DNA of 64,000 nucleotides from Stylophora pistillata (Eukaryota): NCBI RefSeq assembly GCF_002571385.2, contig NW_019218284.1, positions 110,839 to 174,838 of the forward strand, read 5' to 3'. Shown piece by piece: positions 49,592 to 63,042 of this stretch (position 1 is its first letter; each line of letters starts with the position of its first letter). The notes under the pieces were generated by a model. It saw only the letters and a program-made list of their open reading frames with translations, ran no database searches and was not told where the DNA came from. The position numbers and the translations under genes were made by a program.

Positions 49592-51197
49592 TTTTCAATA
49601 GTCCCCCTTTATATTCTGTCGACGACGACTGTTCCCCCTCCGTCAATCTGTTAAACTTAAAAGCCATGTGATCCCCCAAAAATCCTCACTGGATAACTTA
49701 TCATTCCTCTTGTTTGAAGTGAAAGGTTGCACAAAAATAGAGTACAATTCTGAAGCAGGCTATTGAAAGATTTTAACACTTATCGTACATATTCCATTTA
49801 ATTGTCACTGTTTAAGCGTAAGCCTTTTAGTCGCAATTCTCAAAATAAAAAGCCTTCGAATGCACTTAGAAATTACACAATAGTGTAATCACCGAGTCGT
49901 TTGTGTTACAATCATTTCAATATGTCCCCCCTTCAGGTAGCGATGGTAGTTCTCGTTTGGCTGAGTTTCCCTCGCACAGTTCAAACTCTCGCAGTATCTT
50001 GCTCAAAAAGCCAAACGTATTTTCAAAATGTAAACGTAATTTATGGTCGATGTGCACGCGGTACACGCATGAGTTCCCGTTCCATTCTTCGCGCGGTTGC
50101 AACGCCTCTAGCATTGGATGATAAAAAATGCGACAAAAGGAAAAAAAAAAGGTTAAGAAGAGCTTTTATTTCACTTGTATGGCTTTACAAAAATTCTTCC
50201 GTTTTATGTTTCATTTTTTTCACTTTGCATCTACCCACTCTTGTATTGTCTCCCATAAGATATTAACCCCCACAAACGCGTCAAAACCTATTCTATATCA
50301 TACTTCCGAATTATTACTGATCACTTTCCTAAGAACAGGCCTTATGTCGGAGCCAGGGGCCAGTCATTAGTTCAGTAGGAACAGAGAAGATTAGTCGTCC
50401 CTACAGAGCCCGTACTCGGGGGGGAGGAGGGTGGTAATTTAAAACTTGCCCGGTTGTAGTGGGGAATTTGAACCGAGAGTATTAAGTCTTTCAAATGGAA
50501 TACAAGTGTTTTCTCTTTTAATATGGAGGTGCTTAAAAGTAAAATGCTTATTTCGCGAGCGTTCGGCCCATGAAAAAAGTTGTACAAGGGTTAGGGTTTA
50601 AAGCCTGGTTAATAAGTAGAAAGTCACGGTCCCTCATTTTGCCTTTTACCGAAAAAATTAACCATCAACTCCGGCTGGAACTTAGGCAGGGTCGTGTTTG
50701 AACACAATTTTGGCCCCAAGGCACATGAATTAGAACAAACCAGTATTCAAAAGTTCAAATGTCCAGGGAGTTACGCGGGCGGATGTTGAAGCTTCGAATT
50801 GATCGACGCAAAGTAAAAACGTATTTCTTAGGGAAGGGAGTTAATTTTTTGATCAGAGACTTTTTGCGTCAAAAAACCTTCCCTTTCTAAACGGTATTTT
50901 TGTCTTTGAGGGAAGGAACTGATTTAAAAGACCACATGTTCGGGGAGAGTGTTTTTGTTTGTTTGTTTGTTTGTTTGTGTTTTTTGTTTTACGAACGAAT
51001 GAGACGATCGAAGAAGGAATGGAGACGGAAGCAGACAACTGTTTCAATTTCCAAATGTCCGCGGTTTATTAGAGGCAATCTGCGCAGTTAAGTCAAATTT
51101 TCCCAATCAAACTAGTTATTAAGCCTTTATAAGCAATGATAGCAAGCTAGTGAAAAAAAAAAAAAATCGGTTGTTGCATGGTGGTGAAGAGAACTGT

Positions 51198-52477
51198 TCA
51201 GACGAAGCTGCCATAGACATCAAAGCAGACCCTTCCACCATTATCTCCTTCGGTCCAACCCATCAGGTCTTCACCATACCACACGCGGAGCTGTTGTCCC
51301 CGGCGGACTGAACGAGGACTGGTGAAGAACGATAGAATCAGCTCATGGGAATCCGCGCCATATCCGGGAACTTTAGACCACTTTCCGGCTTGGTGGTTAA
51401 ATTTGAGGAACTGGTCTGGCGGTAGAATGATGATGTTGCGTGATGTTGTTATGACAACGTTGACGTAATCCTTCAAATGACCACAACCCCAGTGTGACCA
51501 GCCAACAGGGTTGTGCCTGTGGCACGTGACGTAGCCGTAACGATGAATCAATTTCATGGCTGCCAGCTTACCAGTGAATGGCATCGTAACAGTCGCAAAC
51601 TGGTTTCCCCTCGCGCTGAAACACACCGGGGACAAATTCAGTTTGTACAAACTGTCTGTGGATTAAAAAACACGAAAAATATCAATAACTTGTCACAGTT
51701 GTTAAATGATAAAATATTCTCTTGTTTCTGCTCTTTTTGATCATTGCAACTTGAATTCAACCATTTCACCTTTTTGAAAATGACCTTTTTAATTACACAT
51801 CGTTCTCGCATATTCAGAACCCTTTTTCCTAGTGTCACCTGTCGAATTTCAATTAATTTACTCCTGGCGTTCCATTTGAAAAAAGATCGCACGTAGTCCC
51901 TGACTGTTTTGCTGAAGATATTCCGATGAAAAACCCAAGGTTATGTTAAATTTCCACCAGGAAGGTAAACTATAGACGTATCTTAGGTTTCGGGTCAAAT
52001 TTCCGGTAGTTCCACTTTGAAAGAATACAGAACTTATGAAACTACAATGACCACAAAGCGAGAAAGTTTACGCTTCCTGTCCGCTTATTACAAATCACGA
52101 GTTTGACTCCATCAATAGTAAATGTCTCATCCCGACCATCAAAGGCGCTTTTAAATTTCCGCCAAAAAGATAAACTTTGGTCATAATATTTCGCGTTAAA
52201 TTTCAGTAGATTCATTTTGAAAAGTTAAAGAAAAATATCCAGTAAATGTCTCCAGAACACAAGATGTTCCGGCCGATAAATTGTTTTTTCAAACGGGTTC
52301 TTACATCAGAGGTGACCGACCTGTATTGTGAGTTCCAACTGCCCTCTTAGAGATAATGGACTTGTCGTTCAATTTCGCGCTCGCGTCTTCGGCTCCGTTG
52401 CTGTCCAGTTCGGTTGGAATGTTCGCACCCCGAGAGCCAAGAGTAAAAAGGTACAGGCACAGCAGAATGGACTTCAT
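51198..52477 (-). CDS. Intact secreted prepro-protein (signal, acidic propart, KR, ~150-aa Cys/Trp-containing domain), 2 exons, 204 aa
   Basis: Exon 52477-52321 MKSILLCLYLFTLGSRGANIPTELDSNGAEDASAKLNDKSIISKRAVGTHNT (phase 1) joins exon 51655-51198 DSLYKLNLSPVCFSARG..SHWGC..PGYG..ELI..GQQLRVWYGEDL..EGDNGGRVCFDVYGSFV; 615 nt open. Confidence 0.88.
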
Positions 52478-55400
52478 CTTCAGTTGTTTTCAACTTTCAC
52501 AGTCACAGTGTCATGGAATAACAACTCTCGTTCGGGCAAGGGTCAATTAATAAACCTAAATTTTATTGATTAAACAAATGCAGATCGCGTCAAGACAAGT
52601 TTTGAAGCGAATGTTAATTCTGAAATACGTGGCGACATTAAATTATATGTCTTGAGCATTGATAGCTGACAATTCCTGCCTTCTGAAAATATAGGGAATA
52701 AAGAATAAACACGCATTTAATGCCCTTACTCTGTAAAAAACCGAAAAGAAAATGGAGCTTCAGGGATCAAAATTATTTATAGTTGTTAAAGAATCGCAAG
52801 CGAACCACTAAATCTTTCTACTGTTCGTAGCCTAGAAACATTTCTCGACTCGCGACTAGTAGATCTCAGACCCAACATCTCGTGGCGGACGGTCTTTGAC
52901 GAACATGAATGGTAACTGTCTTTCGTTTGACGCAATGTTGCATTTTACGGTACCGTGCTGATGTATTTGCGAGTGGATGAATTCTGCGAATTATAGTTCA
53001 CATGTTACTTGTCGTTATTTGAAACAATAAAGTCTATGTTCTTGGACGTACCTATGTTTTGGGCCCGACTCAGAGTCACAGAGTTATTTTAGCCGGAGCC
53101 GTAGGGGGAAAGAGGTAACGACTCTGAGAAGGGCCCCAATGAGAGATAAATCACTGCATACTTCGTTTGGCTGAATATCGATTTATTTCCGAGAAAGTCG
53201 TAATCAAAGGAATTCTGCTAAAATGCCGCTTTTGAAAATCAAAATTTCAGACAAATCAGGCGGAACGTTGTGTCACGAATTTGAAAAACCGAGACCGATA
53301 AAGAGTACCAAATCTCTTAAAACAACAACAATCATAAGCTGATAGCAACTTGAGCAATTCTTGACCATTTATTTACACAATCTAATTGAATTTACCCTCT
53401 CAACTAGATCAAAAATAGGTCGACATTAACCCGTTACTTAACAATGTGCTACACAAAATAATTGGCTGAAAATCTGAATTGTGGAAAGCGAATTGCACCT
53501 CTTATTTGATCTCCGAAGGATTTTATGGGGAAATAATTCAGTGTGATATAATTAAATTTTAAAGTTTAATAAAATGCGCCGATTCGACGGTGCCGTCAAT
53601 TAGCGGAAAATGTACACACGCAAACTCAATCATTGTCTCGCATTGTAAGTAAACCTTAATTAATATAAAAACCTCCCAACCTCTATGTTGCTGTAACACA
53701 AAAGAGATCGGTTGCAGTCCTAAAATTGTTGCATTGCTCTCACAATAACGAGATAACTTGGCAGGATAGTCGACTCCTTGTGATAACGATCGTTTGCAAA
53801 GCGTTTCTCGTGGTGTTTTTGATTTGAGGTTTCTCTATTCTTATTTCGTTGTAAAGAAGGCTGTAATTACTTAAAACAAAAGATCTTTGCTTAAAATGAG
53901 TCTTTAACCGAACTGCGAACTAAATGTAGGCGGCATGTCTCTAGGTCAGAAACATGTTTCTTGGTCAGAAACATGTTTCTCGTATGCGGAACAACGCTGA
54001 TTACTGATAAATTGAGGTGTACAAAGTCGTCAACCCCGCAAAAATTGAACTTAGGTCGCGTTTAATACCTGCGAAACAGGAGTAAACAATCATCTTACCC
54101 CGATCCTTGTTGAATATATATCTTTAATTGGTGAATTATTGTTGAGATGGATAAAGCTACAGTCACTGCATTTTACTCTTGATAAGTTTTCAACCTTCCT
54201 GTTCTCTTACTTAGTTTACTCATGATGAAACGAATCGCAGAGAAAGGATCATGTAATTTCTGCCACTGCATTTCGTGTCGTTCTCTAATTATGGATGTCT
54301 CATGGCTGCTCGACACTGTAGCTTTGAAAAACGATTCAGAAAACAGTAATGTTAATTATGTCTCTTCTAACCTTTTCAAAGCAGATCAATAGCCACAGTG
54401 CTTTTATCAATTTTTCCGAACCAAAAGACGGAGTTGACCAATTCTTAGCCGAGCAGGCAAAGCTTGGTCTAGGGTTGACGCCAGGCGCTGGGTCGAGGCG
54501 AAGAGTTCCATCTGATGAATCAAACCATGGTAACGGTGACAGAACCCGACCAAAGTGTGACAGAGGAATAGGGAAAAGAAAAGAGGGGAATATTTATTCA
54601 AATTGGCTCAGGTGAATTGACTTTTTGCATAGTTTTTATAAGAAAATTCAATACTTGATGAGATAATTCCGCATTCCGCAAATTGCACTCGAAAACCGAG
54701 CACCAATGAGTGCGATATCGATTTTCAAGTGCAATTTAACGCGGAATCTGACTTTCAAGGATTTGCAGAGATGGATGCCAAACTTATCCAGGTACCGCTT
54801 TACCATTGCTAGACATCATCTATTGCCCCATGGTCGGGGCTCCAAAGTTCCTTCTGTTAAAAGCGCGAAGATGTATATTGCGCTTCAGAGGCTCAATCAT
54901 TTCTTGCCATTTATCACGAGTACTCACATAATTAACAATTGGTTCATGCTTTAGCGTGCACTATCGAGTTATGGAGCACGCGGGAAGTTTGGAGAGCACG
55001 AAAGAAGCGTAAGAGTTGCCCGAGGCGATAGCCGAGGGCANNNNNNNNNNNNNNNNNNNNNNNNNNNNNNNNNNNNNNNNNNNNNNNNNNNNNNNNNNNN
55101 NNNNNNNNNNNNNNNNNNNNNNNNNNNNNNNNNNNNNNNNNNNNNNNNNNNNNNNNNNNNNNNNNNNNNNNNNNNNNNNNNNNNNNNNNNNNNNNNNNNN
55201 NNNNNNNNNNNNNNNNNNNNNNNNNNNNNNNNNNNNNNNNNNNNNNNNNNNNNNNNNNNNNNNNNNNNNNNNNNNNNNNNNNNNNNNNNNNNNNNNNNNN
55301 NNNNNNNNNNNNNNNNNNNNNNNNNNNNNNNNNNNNNNNNNNNNNNNNNNNNNNNNNNNNNNNNNNNNNNNNNNNNNNNNNNNNNNNNNNNNNNNNNNNN

Positions 55401-56015
55401 NNNNNNNNNNNNNNNNNNNNNNNNNNNNNNNNNNNNNNNNNNNNNNNNNNNNNNNNNNNNNNNNNNNNNNNNNNNNNNNNNNNNNNNNNNNNNNNNNNNN
55501 NNNNNNNNNNNNNNNNNNNNNNNNNNNNNNNNNNNNNNNNNNNNNNNNNNNNNNNNNNNNNNNNNNNNNNNNNNNNNNNNNNNNNNNNNNNNNNNNNNNN
55601 NNNNNNNNNNNNNNNNNNNNNNNNNNNNNNNNNNNNNNNNNNNNNNNNNNNNNNNNNNNNNNNNNNNNNNNNNNNNNNNNNNNNNNNNNNNNNNNNNNNN
55701 NNNNNNNNNNNNNNNNNNNNNNNNNNNNNNNNNNNNNNNNNNNNNNNNNNNNNNNNNNNNNNNNNNNNNNNNNNNNNNNNNNNNNNNNNNNNNNNNNNNN
55801 NNNNNNNNNNNNNNNNNNNNNNNNNNNNNNNNNNNNNNNNNNNNNNNNNNNNNNNNNNNNNNNNNNNNNNNNNNNNNNNNNNNNNNNNNNNNNNNNNNNN
55901 NNNNNNNNNNNNNNNNNNNNNNNNNNNNNNNNNNNNNNNNNNNNNNNNNNNNNNNNNNNNNNNNNNNNNNNNNNNNNNNNNNNNNNNNNNNNNNNNNNNN
56001 NNNNNNNNNNNNNNN

Positions 56016-56875
56016 GTAAACGTAATTTATGGTCGATGTGCACGCGGTACACGCATGAGTTCCCGTTCCATTCTTCGCGCGGTTGCAACGCCTCTAGCAT
56101 TGGATGATAAAAAATGCGACAAAAGGAAAAAAAAAAGGTTAAGAAGAGCTTTTATTTCACTTGTATGGCTTTACAAAAATTCTTCCGTTTTATGTTTCAT
56201 TTTTTTCACTTTGCATCTACCCACTCTTGTATTGTCTCCCATAAGATATTAACCCCCACAAACGCGTCAAAACCTATTCTATATCATACTTCCGAATTAT
56301 TACTGATCACTTTCCTAAGAACAGGCCTTATGTCGGAGCCAGGGGCCAGTCATTAGTTCAGTAGGAACAGAGAAGATTAGTCGTCCCTACAGAGCCCGTA
56401 CTCGGGGGGGAGGAGGGTGGTAATTTAAAACTTGCCCGGTTGTAGTGGGGAATTTGAACCGAGAGTATTAAGTCTTTCAAATGGAATACAAGTGTTTTCT
56501 CTTTTAACATGGAGGTGCTTAAAAGTAAAATGCTTATTTCATGAGCGATCGGCTCATGAAAAAAGTTGTACAAGGGTTAGGGTTTAAGCCTAGTTAATAA
56601 GCAGAAAGTCACGGTCCCTCATTTTGCCTTTTACCGAAAAAATTAACCATCAACTCCGGCTGGAACTTAGGCAGGGTCGTGTTTGAACACAATTTTGGCC
56701 CCAAGGCACATGAATTAGAACAAACCAGTATTCAAAAGTTCAAATGTCCAGGGGGTTACGTGGTTCGATGTTGAAGCTTCGAATTGATCGAAGCAAAGCA
56801 AAAACGTATTTCTTAGGGAAGGGAGTTAATTTTTTCATCAGAGACTATTTGCGTCAAAGAACCTTCCCTTTCTAA
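56016..56875 (+). repeat. Near-identical duplicate of 50029-50890 (more diverged copy at ~42250-43170)
   Basis: Sequence and ORF track are essentially identical (e.g. 56114..56356 = 50128..50370); begins exactly at a ~1-kb N gap. Confidence 0.9.
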
Positions 56876-56992
56876 TTAATAGGTAATTACTGAGGCATAT
56901 GGCATTATGAGAAATATTGCAGCCAGCTGAGGCCGTAGGTCGAATCTGGCTGCAATATTTCTCATTAGTGCCTCAGTGATTATCTATTATAA
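56876..56992. repeat. Short palindromic hairpin element
   Basis: taataggtaattactgaggca..atgagaaatattgcagccag ... ctggctgcaatatttctcat..tgcctcagtgattatctatta. Confidence 0.8.
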
Positions 56993-57690
56993 TTATTGAT
57001 CCCCGTGAAATCCTATTGTTGTGTCTGTGTTGGATCTTCGATTTCAGTCGCACCTCGAGTATGAAGAGGGGACTGGACTACGGAAAATATACTGCCTATT
57101 AGCTGCCAATAAGGAGGGATCATGAGAATTTTACAGAGCCTTAGGGGAGATCAGATAAATGTTATCGTTACACGACCAAGATCCTTCCCCCTCTCCCCCA
57201 AGACAAATAATGGCTGATCCCTAACAATAGGTCAGTTCTGATTTCGTGTTATTCCTTTGAATATGATCAATGCGATTCCAAATTTCATCCTAACTGATCT
57301 TGTAATCGATACCTCTCTGAACGGGTAAGTGAAAAAAGTAGCAACGTGCGCCAAAAAATTGCCATTTTGCAGTTAGAAAAAGACACCTAAACATCTATAA
57401 GAATTCAAGCTTTTAATACGATAAAAAGCAAGTTACTAATAATAATCAAAAATTCAACTACGGGTCTGATTTTCAACTACATTATTCCGAACTTAACTGT
57501 TGCTTCAGTTATACGTACTTTGTATTTTGTATCTCCGTAAGAATTCTGCAATGATTTTCTATCAGTTTTCAAAACTAAACCGACTACTCGAAGGAACATC
57601 CAACAATCAACCACCTTCCCTCCCCTCCCCAACTACACACGTGACCTTCCCGAGCAGATTTTTTACAATAATATCTGTGTTTTTTTCCAG

Positions 57691-57940
57691 ACTATACAGT
57701 TCACTCTCTTCGGGATGACAGATGCAATGATAAGTACGCCATCAATTCATACAATTGCACTGGCGCCACGAAAGCGCTGTTCGGTCGGGTAAACTCCACA
57801 TCTGGGAGACTGGGGCGATGTTACTCTTGTGAGTGCACTGGAGCGAGATTCCATCAATGGTGTGCTCATCTTTAACCACTCAACTTGGAGACAAGAATGC
57901 ATTGTAGACGCTTATGACGAGCTGTTGACCATAATATAAG
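57691..57940 (+). pseudogene. Probable frameshifted exon of a Cys-rich extracellular protein
   Basis: Strong acceptor tttttttccag|; reads YTVHSLRDDRCNDKYAINSYNCTG..GRCYSCECTG and continues in a shifted frame as ..FNHSTWRQECIV; possible degenerate upstream exon ending at the donor at 57325. Confidence 0.4.
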
Positions 57941-58927
57941 TTATTTTTTCCTTTTGTCTTTTTTTCAAGAGTGCCTTTTAAGGCAACGGCAAACGAGAAA
58001 AATGAGTTTTTATGTGTCTTTATATTTATCTTATATTCATGACTTTTTAAGAGAGGGAAAGTGAGAAAGCACGACCATTTGATTGAGACTTTTAAAAGCA
58101 TTATCAAGATAATGATGGTGCGGTTTGAATTTTTCTTTCTCCTTTAAAGTGTGTAGAGTGATCAGAAATTAATAAAAGTTCGTAAACCGTACATGATTTG
58201 CTGACTGCAATGTATAATTTTATGCATCAAAGTCACTTGGGAATATGGTATGTAGATATTTTTTTTTATGATTACACATCTCACGTTGGTGTTTAAAAAA
58301 ATTGCTGCCCCTCAAATTTGAACTGACGCAAAAACTTAAATTGTAGTTTAATAAAAATGTTGATGTGTATAGCCCAGACCGCAAACAGCCTCGGAATCTG
58401 ATCGATGTAGCAGTAATACAGTGCTGTGTTTTCGTTCAACAACTGAATATTGCAAATATAGTCATTCCATTTCGATTTTGGTCTTCTGACTGAGACCGTA
58501 TCCTATTGGACGGAAGACTCCTAGAATAGATGGAACCGATCGACATCGAACGGAACTATATGTTCCAATTAAACGGAATTCTTCGACATCAAACGTAACT
58601 GTGCGAAATTAGATGGAATCATGCCACATTCTACGCAACTGTTCAAAATTAGACAGAATCCTCGTAGGAGAATTAAAAACAATCATCACCTTTTTGTTAT
58701 GTATTTATTTGTTTGCTTTTGCCGTTTTGTTATGCGAAATGAATCAAAGAAGCCATGAAACACAAGTACTGTGCTCAACAAAGACAACCACTCTTGTTGG
58801 TATTTATGGTATTTAGTTACAGTTAAATATGAAGCTTCATTAGATATTGCCGCAAAATACGGAAGATCGATCAATAATATTTTTGCATAAATAAATTATT
58901 TATGATGTACTGGACTTTTTGGCGTTG

Positions 58928-61900
58928 TCAAGTAGCCAAGAAGATTGTAAAGAAGACAAGTGATAAAGAGAGAGACTGAGACAGACTTCTTCCTCTTGAT
59001 CGTATTAAGGAAGCTGTTGGAAACTCAGCTAAACATGGATCACTCAGTTCTTCTGTAGGCGACGGGAGCGCTGCATCTAAGAAAGGAAAGCAAAACATTA
59101 TATCAAAAATAAAAAAAAAAAGTTGGTCTCAGACTCAGTATGACAGCCACCGAAATAATTGTGGAATTATGATATTGGAAATGCAATACAGCTATATCCA
59201 AGCACAATAAGGCTTATTCGCTTGTGACCCTTCACGCCCCAACATCAGTATGCAGAGTCTCGATGCATATTCTCCATACTTTTAAACTATCAAGAACTTC
59301 TACATTTGGAGATCATTTCTCTTATTCTCATGGCCTTAACATTTGATTCAGGGGTGATATTGTAAGGAGAAATTAGATGCTGGTCTCTCTTAAGCTTAGG
59401 GGTCAAAGAGTTCATTATTCTGTTAGCAGGAAAAAGAAGTAATGTTTGCAAAGAAAAAGATGTTTGCAATATGTATCATTAGAGTTTTTTGTTGCTGCTT
59501 TTTTTTTATAAACTGATAACAAGTCGGGGTTAATGTTGGAGTAGGGGGATGGGTAGGTGCGCAGTTCTCCAGATTCTGACATTGATCCGGAAATTTCCAA
59601 ATCACTGTCTCAAAACAGGCGCAAGGTTTTGCTCTTTCTTGCAAAATGCAAAGGTCAAGAAAGAGCTTCTGACAACTCTACAATAAGTAGTACATTATTT
59701 ATTATACGGGTAATTGTAGGAGTACCTTGTTCCTGATCTGTGCTTCCCCAGCAAAAAGGATTGTAATCATCAAATACCAAAGCGAACTCAAGCGAAGATG
59801 TTCTGCTGCCACTTGAACAATTTGTTGTGATGAGATCTCTGAGGCATTGTTTAGATTCAGAGAATTTCCTGTCAGAAAATGAAAAAAGCGCACAAGATTC
59901 AAACACATATATGAAATTTTCAGGTCTAGATGTGGATTACAGTATCTTTTGCGAAAGGAATGTCAAAAACCTGTACATGATACAAGGGACGGCAAACAGT
60001 CAAAATTCGAGACTCGCTTGGAGGCGGAGACCATTGTCTGAAATGCGAGAACAACCACTACACAGCACATATACTATTGCTGGAGTATAACTAAGATGAC
60101 TCCATGAACTCCATTCACACACAAGAGCTTTGTGCACAAGTTATCATTGCTGACAGTGATAACGCCAGCCTATTCTTGACAAAGATCCCCCGCTATATGA
60201 AAAATTCCGAGACTCGAGATGAAGGAGATTTAATTTAGCAATCGAATGGGAAGATTCTGCGACCCACGAATTCGAGCTATCCCTCACTTCATTCGTCCTT
60301 ATCCAAGAAGACTAGAATGTCTATCCATTTCTTGATTATAGAAAGGTAGCAATTTTTATAAAAGGTGGAAAGAACAAAAGCGTACTTTCTGACCCTTCGC
60401 CTCATTAAACCTTACTTGCCCCCTTTTTGTAAATGAAAACAAACCGCAGGTCTGTCGAACAGCTCTGGAATAAAACATGCAGCAGTCATACCTAACGTTT
60501 GACATATCAAACGTGCATGTCTCTTAGCTCTTTCATGCTTTGTGTAGCACCATACTTTGTTTGGCACCAATCTCAAACATCTATATCTCGTGCTACAAAA
60601 CTGCTATTATAATTTTCATTTGCAACATTCATACCTGCAAAGGGTCGGATCCGAAACATTGGCATTAAAAGTATCGTTGAATTCCTTCAGACATTTTACT
60701 TCCTCTTCAAAGAAGCCTTCATCGCACTGAAGGTCTTCATCGTTCGGGGAGCCCTTTGGTGCCTCTAACATGCCGCGACAGTAAAAATTCTCGGGGCTTG
60801 TGTGATTCAAGGACTCCTCAACTTGTACTTCAATGTCAGCCTCAGAGATGATTCCATATCTCCGAAGACAGGATCGGAGCATGCAGACGATACAGTCTTG
60901 CATGTAAGTGTACTTCACGCTTTTGGACAAAGAAAATATAAAAACGAAGATTAACATTTATTCGTGCTTGGCACAGACCAATTTGGTAAATATGAATTAA
61001 GATTTCGGGGACCTCCGGTTCAATATATTTATGTTCTCAAACGACAAGTATCTTGTCAAAAAAAGGGTGAACGTTAAATTCCTGGCTTTAAATAGATAAG
61101 TTAGAATCAGTTTTAATTCTCCCCTCATGTTTTTCATGTTCATATTGAAATAGCGAGAAAAAAAGAAAAATCAGGTTTTCTGAACCAAATGTATATCCCT
61201 CGAAAACGAGTTGAAAAAAAAATATCAAAACAGCACAAAAAATAAAAAAAACAATGGATTATCGTTGAAGCTGTCCTCGCTGTACTTGCTGACTGTTTGA
61301 CCCTCGTCATGATTTTATGATTGCCAACGAGATAAATCAATCACAAAATGCTTGAAACGAACCTGCAGTTTCCCTGGGGATCTTCTTGTAGGCTTCTTAT
61401 AAAAAACGTAATACACTGTCTGGTTCTGTTTAGCTGTGCGATTATAGAACATTGACCAATGCCTGTGAGTTCTTCTTCATTCGACTGAGGGTCCAGTGAG
61501 TAATAACCTTCAGCTGGCTGATTCCCTTCATTAACTATAAATCAGATCATTAAACGAAAAATAAGCAAAATTTTGATTACTCGCTTTGCAAATAATTAAG
61601 ATCAGACGATCACAAAGAGAGCCTAACGGAACAGGTGTTTTGCCAGTATACCGTCGCCTCCATAGGCTATGGGTCGTTTTGATACTGAATCGTCATCATT
61701 CTCAGCAGCAGCATTTTTGTTGTGATTTCTATCATTATCATTATCGTTATTATCATTATCAAATAGTTTTTGTTAAAATCTTAAAGGGTCGAAAGAAAAT
61801 CAAGGCTGAATTTAATTTTATAAGGACATTATACATCTCTGTAGTAGAAAAGAGATGGCAAAGTAAAGTTCTTCTAAATCTAAATGTCTAATCTGCAAAG

Positions 61901-63016
61901 GGCAGTACAGGCCATCTTCAGCAGATATGTGCTGTCCTTGTCATATGTGCGCTAAAAAACAGTGCAGTGTCAGCTAGTGATATAAGAATAAAAAAAAAAT
62001 GTAGTTATATGTTTTCAATCTATATCTTGCCTTTTCCCCTTTGTTTTGTTCATTGTTAATTGTTTCCTCGCTGACTACAATTCTCAAACGCCTATTTTTA
62101 CATCAGTTCTTCAAAAAATGATTACCACAAATAAAATTGCCTTGCATTTGGCAAAGAAATATATTCGGAATTTGCGTTGAAACATTGCTTGTTTCTTTGT
62201 TTATCTTTTTATCACCTATGATAAGATGACATCTCACCTTCCTCGTCGGATGAAACATTGCAGAATGGATTGTACCCATCAAATGCCGGTTGCAGTATTT
62301 CTGTGGCGTCTGCGTCAAACTGACAATGTTGATCAACTGCTTCCTTTAAACATGACTTTGCGTCTGTGAATTCCCTTTGAATGAGAATACCATTATCAAT
62401 TGACTACAAATAACTTGTTCTAGGCCATTCAAGTCAATGTGACTTCTAACATCAATGAAAAATTAGAAAAACAAGTGCTCAGAAAGTCTATTTGTCAAGA
62501 GTAAAACATCCTTGATCTTGAAATCAACTAATACGCCAAACAATTTTAAGGTTAGATCCATAGAAGATTAAAATGCCGGGAAAAAAATTGCTTTTGTTTC
62601 ATCACTTGCTATTTAAAGCTAATGCTTTAATTCATGTTTTTTATGACTCAGTTCAGCCAAATACCGTCTTCTTTCTTCTTTTCTTTATCAGCGCTACAAA
62701 CCAAGAATACTTTCTCAAATAGTGAACATACTTGCAAAGACTTTTATCTGCCCTGTCATTTCTAAACTTCGTTTGGAATGTGTCTCCACAAGCTCTGGAT
62801 TCGTTGTAAAATGTCTCGTTGCAAGGGATTTCTCTTTTTTGCTCGTCTGTCAGAATTGGCCTGGAAAACAATCCATCTTTGCAGTAAAATTCTTCAGATT
62901 TCAGTTGCTTGGCTGCCTCTGTCAAAAAAGCTTCAATATCATCCTCTGGAACATGGTCTCTGACACAATCCCTCACATACTCCTTGGTACACTCCACCAT
63001 TCTGTTATAAATTACC
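58928..63016 (-). CDS. 3' part (7 exons, ~400 aa) of an uncharacterised GPI-anchored protein with tandem Cys-rich helical modules; 5' exons not identified (probably beyond the window)
   Basis: Exons 63016-62732, 62374-62238, 61684-61652, 61534-61363, 60919-60635, 59868-59726, 59076-58928 splice in frame. The repeated module ends LC..F..K.CL...C..FD.YNPFC. C-terminus SRGRSLSQSLSLSLVFFTIFLAT* resembles a GPI signal. Confidence 0.82.
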
Positions 63017-63042
63017 CTGCGTTAAAAAGAACAGAATTTAAA

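Noticed and set aside
49901-50266. ORF with signal-peptide-like start (MSPLQVAMVVLVWLSFP)
   Set aside because: Lies in the duplicated non-coding flank; the frame is not conserved in the diverged copy at ~42250 and no splice structure supports it.
54349-54615. 88-aa ORF
   Set aside because: No recognisable family and no compatible exon partners found.
54961-56107. Long ORFs of 379 and 363 aa
   Set aside because: Almost entirely N-gap; artefacts.
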